Part shown: positions 22,720-27,505 of the stretch, piece after piece
Layout: each line of letters begins with the position of its first letter
How positions within the stretch are numbered: position 1 is the stretch's first letter
Source of the DNA: a virus
Taxonomy: Duplodnaviria > Heunggongvirae > Uroviricota > Caudoviricetes
IMG/VR virus record: IMGVR_UViG_3300001687_000947
Reading direction: 5' to 3' (one strand)
DNA length: 27,505 nucleotides
Translations under genes and position numbers: made by a program
The notes under the pieces: model-generated
What the model was told of the DNA's origin: nothing
The model's input: only the letters and a program-made list of their open reading frames with translations
Databases searched by the model: none

Positions 22720-24948
22720 TTAGAATATTTCCCAGTCATATGTTTGAGCTTCTTCTTCTCTAGCTCCCCAACATGCTAATTGTAAAGCATCTACACGGTC
22801 ATCATTTTGTTTTGTTGTCCAATTATATCTTCTTAATTCAGTTACTAAATTATGGTATACTTCTGGGATAGCTATTCTTTTCTGGTGGAATATTGTTTTA
22901 AGGTGGGATTGCATTCTTACTTTATACTTGTTAAACACTATAGTGTTAACAACCACTCCTTTATCTTCTAGTCTTTGGTTTTCACTAATATTTTCATGAT
23001 CTGCATAAACATATATTACATTAAAATCTCTAAGTATCTGTATTATTTTTTGTTGCATATCTTTATATTCTTCTCTACGCCAAGCATCAACAAATATTAC
23101 TCTATAAACATTATCTTTACATCTTTGTACAAGAACTATTGCTGTATAATGTTGATTATGCTGATAAGAAACTTTACCATTTCTTCTAGTAAATACTATT
23201 TCAGATGGAACATTAAATCCAACTATGGTTCCATTATATTCTATATTTCTATAATGTTCCTTACTTGGTATTGAGTCTCTACTTAGAAAATTAACTCTAT
23301 ATCCCTTTATTCCTCTATTAGAAATATATGAATGATACTTGCCAGTTTTACATGCTATTTCTTGTACATCCTCAGCTAGTCTACTGGAATAAGTATTATA
23401 TCTAATAAAGTATTTATCTCCATCTCCTTTAATAAGTGAGTCAAATAGAAAACTTAAGTAATATCCATCATATAACTTAATTTCTTGTGGAATATATTTA
23501 TCTTTAGATTTGCCCAACTTACTAAAATAATTAACTAAATTTTTATCATAAAATAATATTCTTCCATTATTATCATACCATGTGTGTATATTCATCAAGT
23601 TTCCAATTTCTATTATTTCATTAAAATAAATATTATTTGCTATTGGATCCTGATGTATACAGAATCTTGTTTTTGTATCTATATTTCCTTCTGATATATA
23701 CCAACCTAGTAATCTCATAAATAATTTAGTATTATATTTTTTATTTCCTATTTTTATATTATCTGATTTTATTCCATTATATTTTGCTTTTCTTATAATA
23801 TAATGATGTGTAACATGTTCTCCAGCATAATGCATATGCAAGTTGTTTTTGTATCTATTTTTATATGGTATTAAATGTCTAGTTTTACATAAAATATCTA
23901 AGTTTCTGTTCTTTATATGTGTCATTAATCCTTTATAGTTACTAACATTTATTGCTGTTATTTGTTGATATTCACTTTCCATGTTATTCTGGTTTAAACA
24001 TAATACTTTTTCATTCTTAGATACTTTATCTAGTCTTTTCCATCCATTTAATGTTAATACTTCAGTATCTCCAGACAAACAGTATCCCCAGTCTATACCA
24101 GCAATTACCTGAGTGTCATCCTCTACTGTAAATTGAGGTACATCCTTAACAGCATCTTTAAGTAGTTTGGGATCAATAAGTACTCCTAAACCAGAATATG
24201 CTTTACCTTCCCAGAATATAGTGAACATATCATCAGGTAATGACCGTTTAGCTTCTTCCCACTTATTTCTAGTATTAGGACAATCCATAGCATCCCAAGC
24301 CTTACGTTCCCAACCAGTATACTTTTCTTTATTCTCAGCTATTTCAACAAACTTTGATCCAAATACCATTGGTGTACCACTTAATATTATAAGATCCATA
24401 TTTGAGTGACCTATAATACGGAAAGTATCATTTATAACAAAGTCTCCAGCTATTGCTCCCTCATCAACTATTACACAATCAGTATGTTTACCTTGTATAG
24501 CTTTTTCACTATTAGGTACAGCTAATATAACTGATCTATCTTTAAAGTACACTCTACTAGTTAATGGGTCACCTTCAACTTCTGATGCTATTATAGGATT
24601 ATCTTCTATAGCACGTTTACTATGAGCATAAAGTGATTTAGCTTGATCTTCACTACCTGAAATAATTAATACTGAATAAGGACGGTTTATGAATCTAGGA
24701 AGTACCACAGTAAGCCATAATGCTATACATGAAAGTAATATACTTTTACCTGTACCACCAGCAGCTTCCAATAGTAATCTCTTTAGTCTTTCATGTTCTA
24801 CAGGTGAATTAATGCGTTTAAGCCAATTCATTACTTCTGCTTGATACTCATATGGTGGATATCCCATAGCATCATTAAAGAAACTAGGTGGATCCTTATA
24901 CCATTGTAGAAACTTTACTGCTTTATAAACTTGATCAATTTTTGGCAT
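22720..24948 (-). CDS. terL: Terminase large subunit, interrupted by an intein
   Basis: Walker A AAGGTGKS, Walker B CVIVDEG, coupling motif SGTP, nuclease GIDWG / YADHE / DDRVDAL. ATG 24948 (MPKID) has a GGTGG SD; the extein alone is about 433 aa. Confidence 0.92.
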   Translation of the reverse strand: MPKIDQVYKAVKFLQWYKDPPSFFNDAMGYPPYEYQAEVMNWLKRINSPVEHERLKRLLLEAAGGTGKSILLSCIALWLTVVLPRFINRPYSVLIISGSEDQAKSLYAHSKRAIEDNPIIASEVEGDPLTSRVYFKDRSVILAVPNSEKAIQGKHTDCVIVDEGAIAGDFVINDTFRIIGHSNMDLIILSGTPMVFGSKFVEIAENKEKYTGWERKAWDAMDCPNTRNKWEEAKRSLPDDMFTIFWEGKAYSGLGVLIDPKLLKDAVKDVPQFTVEDDTQVIAGIDWGYCLSGDTEVLTLNGWKRLDKVSKNEKVLCLNQNNMESEYQQITAINVSNYKGLMTHIKNRNLDILCKTRHLIPYKNRYKNNLHMHYAGEHVTHHYIIRKAKYNGIKSDNIKIGNKKYNTKLFMRLLGWYISEGNIDTKTRFCIHQDPIANNIYFNEIIEIGNLMNIHTWYDNNGRILFYDKNLVNYFSKLGKSKDKYIPQEIKLYDGYYLSFLFDSLIKGDGDKYFIRYNTYSSRLAEDVQEIACKTGKYHSYISNRGIKGYRVNFLSRDSIPSKEHYRNIEYNGTIVGFNVPSEIVFTRRNGKVSYQHNQHYTAIVLVQRCKDNVYRVIFVDAWRREEYKDMQQKIIQILRDFNVIYVYADHENISENQRLEDKGVVVNTIVFNKYKVRMQSHLKTIFHQKRIAIPEVYHNLVTELRRYNWTTKQNDDRVDALQLACWGAREEEAQTYDWEIF
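23155..24081 (-). mobile_element. 309-aa intein with a LAGLIDADG homing endonuclease and a non-canonical C-terminal junction (HN|Q)
   Basis: Block A CLSGDTEVLTLNGW; HEN blocks LLGWYISEG, LIKGDG and TYSSRLAEDVQ; C-terminal RRNGKVSYQHN. Removing it restores GIDWGY-QHYTAIVLV. Confidence 0.9.
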
Positions 24949-25471
24949 TTTGTTGTTCCCACCTGCTAGCAAATTTCTCTAAGTATTCTGGTGGGAAATC
25001 ATGCATACATCTTATTATTCTATGGAACAAATCATCTGTTGTTTCTTGTATTTCAAGTTTAGTACTCCATTTAAGATATTGCTCTATAGAATATCTTGCT
25101 TCACCAACAAACTTAAGGAATAACTCTCCATATTGCTTAATATCTTCAAGTGACCGTATTTCTTTACTTATAGTTTCAACTCTGTTAGTTACAAGTTGCA
25201 AGTTTCTACTGAATGTTTTAACTATCTCTATATCACGCTTAATGGTTTCTCTAACTACTTTATCTCTAAGTTGATTAGCTTTAATTGTTTCACTTACTAA
25301 AGTTTCCACATGATTAGCAAAATGTTTCTGGAAATTAAAGTATTTAAGATGTTTTTCACTATGTTTAGTATAAGCTATTCTCACTATATCTTTAATACTG
25401 GTTCCTTCAAGCCTAAGTTTATCATATTCTTTATGATGAGGACTAGAACATATTTTACAGATTCTACCCAT
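24935..25471 (-). CDS. terS: Probable terminase small subunit (N-terminal CxxC...H/H zinc-binding HTH, helical C-terminus)
   Basis: Directly upstream of and overlapping terL; CKIC...KHFANH pattern followed by a helical oligomerisation-type region. ATG 25471 (MGRICKIC) has a GGTGG SD at 25482-25478. Confidence 0.6.
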   Translation of the reverse strand: MGRICKICSSPHHKEYDKLRLEGTSIKDIVRIAYTKHSEKHLKYFNFQKHFANHVETLVSETIKANQLRDKVVRETIKRDIEIVKTFSRNLQLVTNRVETISKEIRSLEDIKQYGELFLKFVGEARYSIEQYLKWSTKLEIQETTDDLFHRIIRCMHDFPPEYLEKFASRWEQQNAKN

Positions 25472-25508
25472 AGATGACCACCAAGTACCATAAGTAACCA
25501 AAATACAG

Positions 25509-25520
25509 TATATAAAGGTT
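25509..25520 (-). promoter_or_regulatory. BRE/TATA of the terS-terL operon (AACCTTTATATA on the - strand)
   Basis: Matches the + strand element at 6204; TTTATATA begins 34 nt upstream of the terS SD. Confidence 0.6.
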
Positions 25521-25689
25521 CCACATTAAAATAGAAAATTCAAGCTATATTAAATAAACATAACACTTAAGATTCCATAAAAAACCCATAATAGCTACAC
25601 TATAAAATGTATATCCTTATATTGTATATTAAGTTTTCATATATGGATGTTATCCTTAACTTTAGATTTAAATAAATAAAAATAATGTG

Positions 25690-26382
25690 TTAAGCTAAGA
25701 TTTTTATTCTTAACTTATTTGAAAATTGTATTTCTGCTAACTGATAGATAAATTCTATGGCTTTGTCAATATCTAAGGTTTTGATATAATCTATGTTTGC
25801 GTATATTCTACGTTTAAGATTTCCAATTTTAGATTCTACTTTTTGGTTGTAAGGGTGTTTATAATCTTTTACTAAATGAAATATGTTTAAGTGTGTATCT
25901 GTAAACTTAGCATTAGTGTCAATTCCTATATTCTTATATCCTTTTGATAATGCTTTTAATAGCATATCTCCAAAGAATAACTTTTTTTCTCCACAATTTT
26001 TTAAGCATTTATAGAGTTTAATATTAACATTAATACCATTAGATAATATTGCTAATTTGATTTTATATTTATTATTAAACACTAGTACTCTTTGAGATTT
26101 ATTAGAATCACATAGAGATTTAAAAGTGATATCTGATAAATCTATGATTGCGTCAACCTTTGAAGGATTAATTTTACTATCTTTTTTTATACGTTTCAAT
26201 TTATCCTTTGATAGTTTTGTTTTATATCCCATTGCTTTAATTTTTGTTACTGATATTTTACTAAGTTTACTTATCTTAGAATAGCCTAGATTTAGTTTAA
26301 GTGATTCTTCTATAATGCTTTGTTGTATAGCTGTTATAACCGTTGTTTTTCTTCCATATTTGTTACCTTTTTTGAATCCCAT
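25690..26382 (-). CDS. HTH protein with a degenerate DDE/RNase H-like transposase core
   Basis: HTH-like LGYSKISKLSKISVTKI. IGIDTNAKF and HPYNQKVESKIGNLKRR resemble the second-Asp and Glu motifs of IS6/IS481/IS1595-type transposases. No terminal inverted repeats were found. Confidence 0.4.
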   Translation of the reverse strand: MGFKKGNKYGRKTTVITAIQQSIIEESLKLNLGYSKISKLSKISVTKIKAMGYKTKLSKDKLKRIKKDSKINPSKVDAIIDLSDITFKSLCDSNKSQRVLVFNNKYKIKLAILSNGINVNIKLYKCLKNCGEKKLFFGDMLLKALSKGYKNIGIDTNAKFTDTHLNIFHLVKDYKHPYNQKVESKIGNLKRRIYANIDYIKTLDIDKAIEFIYQLAEIQFSNKLRIKILA

Positions 26383-26664
26383 ATTTTAAACCTAAACTCT
26401 AATTTGTTTTATGAATATTTAAAACCTTTTATGCTAGTGTAAAATTTATGTAAAAAATTAGTTTTATATAAAACAATATTTTAACATATTTTAGTTAATG
26501 AGTATAGTTTACAAAATTTTAAATATAACTTATTTACATAACGTAAGATTGATTTAAAATGTCAAAACATAAAAACCAAAAGCTAGATGCCAAAACCTTA
26601 AGGGAATTGGTTATTTTATCAGAAATATTTGATTGTATATATATTATAAAGGGGGGAAATCTAA

Positions 26665-26910
26665 TTGACTGATTACAGATTTTATATTATAGATGCTGAT
26701 AGGGTAGTAACTTACAAAGGTAAAAATATTAAGTTAAATGATGCTATTAATAAAATTCAAATGGAATCAAAATTATTTACTTTTACTGATGTAATCCATT
26801 CTTTAATAGTCTTATATGACTTATTAAATAAAGAACTAGAAATAAAACCAACAGTAAAACCCAAAAACCAAACAACAGAAAATAACCTAAACTATGACAT
26901 ACACACCTAA
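26665..26910 (+). CDS. Hypothetical protein
   Basis: 81 aa, TTG start after a G-run; plausible N-terminal two-thirds and a compositionally odd C/A-rich 3' end. Confidence 0.35.
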   Translation: MTDYRFYIIDADRVVTYKGKNIKLNDAINKIQMESKLFTFTDVIHSLIVLYDLLNKELEIKPTVKPKNQTTENNLNYDIHT

Positions 26911-26966
26911 ACCCAAACCACCCATCTTTACATATATCCATTATATTCTTTTCTTTATTTTGTGTT

Positions 26967-27152
26967 TTATAGAGTGTTTTTTTCTGTGTTTGTTTGTTTG
27001 TTATGGTGTTTTAATTCATATTGGTAAAACATAAAGCATTTATGACTTATTGTTATTTTATGGTTTTTAGTGAATAAAATGATTGAAAAAGCTATAAGTG
27101 AAACTATAAGTTTTATGGTTAAAGTTTTAGGGATTATTATTTTAATTCCCAT
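26967..27152 (-). CDS. Hypothetical small membrane protein
   Basis: 61 aa with one hydrophobic stretch (LIVSLIAFSIILFT); could be spurious in such AT-rich DNA. Confidence 0.25.
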   Translation of the reverse strand: MGIKIIIPKTLTIKLIVSLIAFSIILFTKNHKITISHKCFMFYQYELKHHNKQTNTEKNTL

Positions 27153-27262
27153 AGCTTTAAAAATTGGGTTATATTGCTATAACTCCATAAAGGGAAATAA
27201 GATTAAAGTTTAATAAAATGCTTATTTTCCTTCCCTTTTGTTTTTTTATCTCTTATAAAAAA

Positions 27263-27276
27263 TAACATTTATATAT
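27263..27276 (+). promoter_or_regulatory. BRE/TATA element identical to the MCP promoter
   Basis: TAACATTTATATAT; the TATA box begins 29 nt upstream of GGTGA at 27297. Confidence 0.5.
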
Positions 27277-27324
27277 AAGTCTAATATTTTAATTTAGGTG
27301 ATTCTATAAAATTTGGGAAATAAG

Positions 27325-27505
27325 ATGTTTTCAGCAAAAAATATTTTAAATGAAGCTAGCAACGCTAAATCACCTGAAAGACCTAAACAACCTAATCATT
27401 ATGCAACCTTTGGAAATAAACTAGTAGAAGACTTTGACGGAAACTTAATAAGTTTATCTGAAGCATGGCAAAAAGTCTCAGCAAATACTAGAATAACCAA
27501 TAATC
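27325..27505 (+). CDS. Hypothetical protein, 3'-truncated (not in the supplied ORF track)
   Basis: Open frame MFSAKNILNEASNAKSPERPKQPNHYATFGNKLVEDFDGNLISLSEAWQKVSANTRITNN runs to the window end, with an upstream TATA and GGTGA; in-frame TTG at 27313 is an alternative start. Confidence 0.55.
   Translation, partial: MFSAKNILNEASNAKSPERPKQPNHYATFGNKLVEDFDGNLISLSEAWQKVSANTRITNN

Noticed and set aside
23143-23154. Alternative intein end placing Thr (QHY|T) at +1
   Set aside because: It would require a terminal Tyr instead of Asn/Gln and would delete the loop residues of the GIDWGYxxxTA nuclease motif.
1516-24409. Many 60-100 aa ORFs antisense to or overlapping the long genes (for example 1516-1716, 2870-3085, 4014-4277, 5414-5632, 8753-8962, 11171-11425, 14978-15193, 17019-17252, 20663-20857, 22975-23274, 24167-24409)
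   Set aside because: They lie wholly or largely within well-supported genes, I saw no convincing SD or TATA signals for them, and they have the I/L/S-rich composition expected of shadow frames.
24740-24770. Terminase Walker A lacking the P-loop Arg (AAGGTGKS)
   Set aside because: Gly-rich Walker A variants are common in Terminase_6-type enzymes, so this is not evidence of inactivity.
24888-25274. 128-aa + strand ORF
   Set aside because: Antisense to terS/terL, with no recognisable motif; a shadow ORF.
25560-26600. Terminal inverted repeats around the DDE-like ORF
   Set aside because: The best match seen was only about 7 bp (TACACTA/TAGTGTA), which is expected by chance in AT-rich DNA; so it is not called a complete IS.
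26967-27152. Holin
   Set aside because: A single hydrophobic stretch in a doubtful ORF far from the late operon; insufficient evidence.
25502-27505. CRISPR mini-array or tRNA in the AT-rich end
   Set aside because: No regularly spaced 25-40 nt direct repeats and no cloverleaf or T-loop motif were found by eye.

Overview
The window is a 27.5 kb piece of a tailed dsDNA virus or provirus (HK97-fold capsid, Caudoviricetes-like). Archaeal-style expression signals (TTTATATA boxes, GGTGA/GGTGG Shine-Dalgarno) point to an archaeal host; Bathyarchaeia is a guess from remembered domain resemblance, not a search. + strand 1-22659 is the virion module: a 5'-truncated >1700-aa repeat/adhesin protein, a BppU_N-like protein, prohead protease, two scaffold-like proteins, major capsid protein, adaptor, stopper, neck protein, tail terminator and tail tube. 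It continues with a tail chaperone carrying a -1 frameshift site (UUUUUUA), tape measure, hub/spike, small fibre proteins, a GH5-type glycoside hydrolase and an Ig-like protein. No sheath gene is seen, so the tail is probably non-contractile. The small and large terminase genes lie on the - strand, convergent on the tail genes, and no portal is in the window. The most unusual feature is a 309-aa LAGLIDADG intein in the TerL nuclease loop. It has Cys1 and terminal His-Asn but Gln at +1 instead of Cys/Ser/Thr, and it also lacks the block B Thr and block F Asp/Cys, so it should not splice by the canonical route. After about 25.5 kb the DNA is very AT-rich, with a degenerate DDE-transposase-like ORF and small ORFs. 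All calls come from manual motif recognition; no database searches were run.
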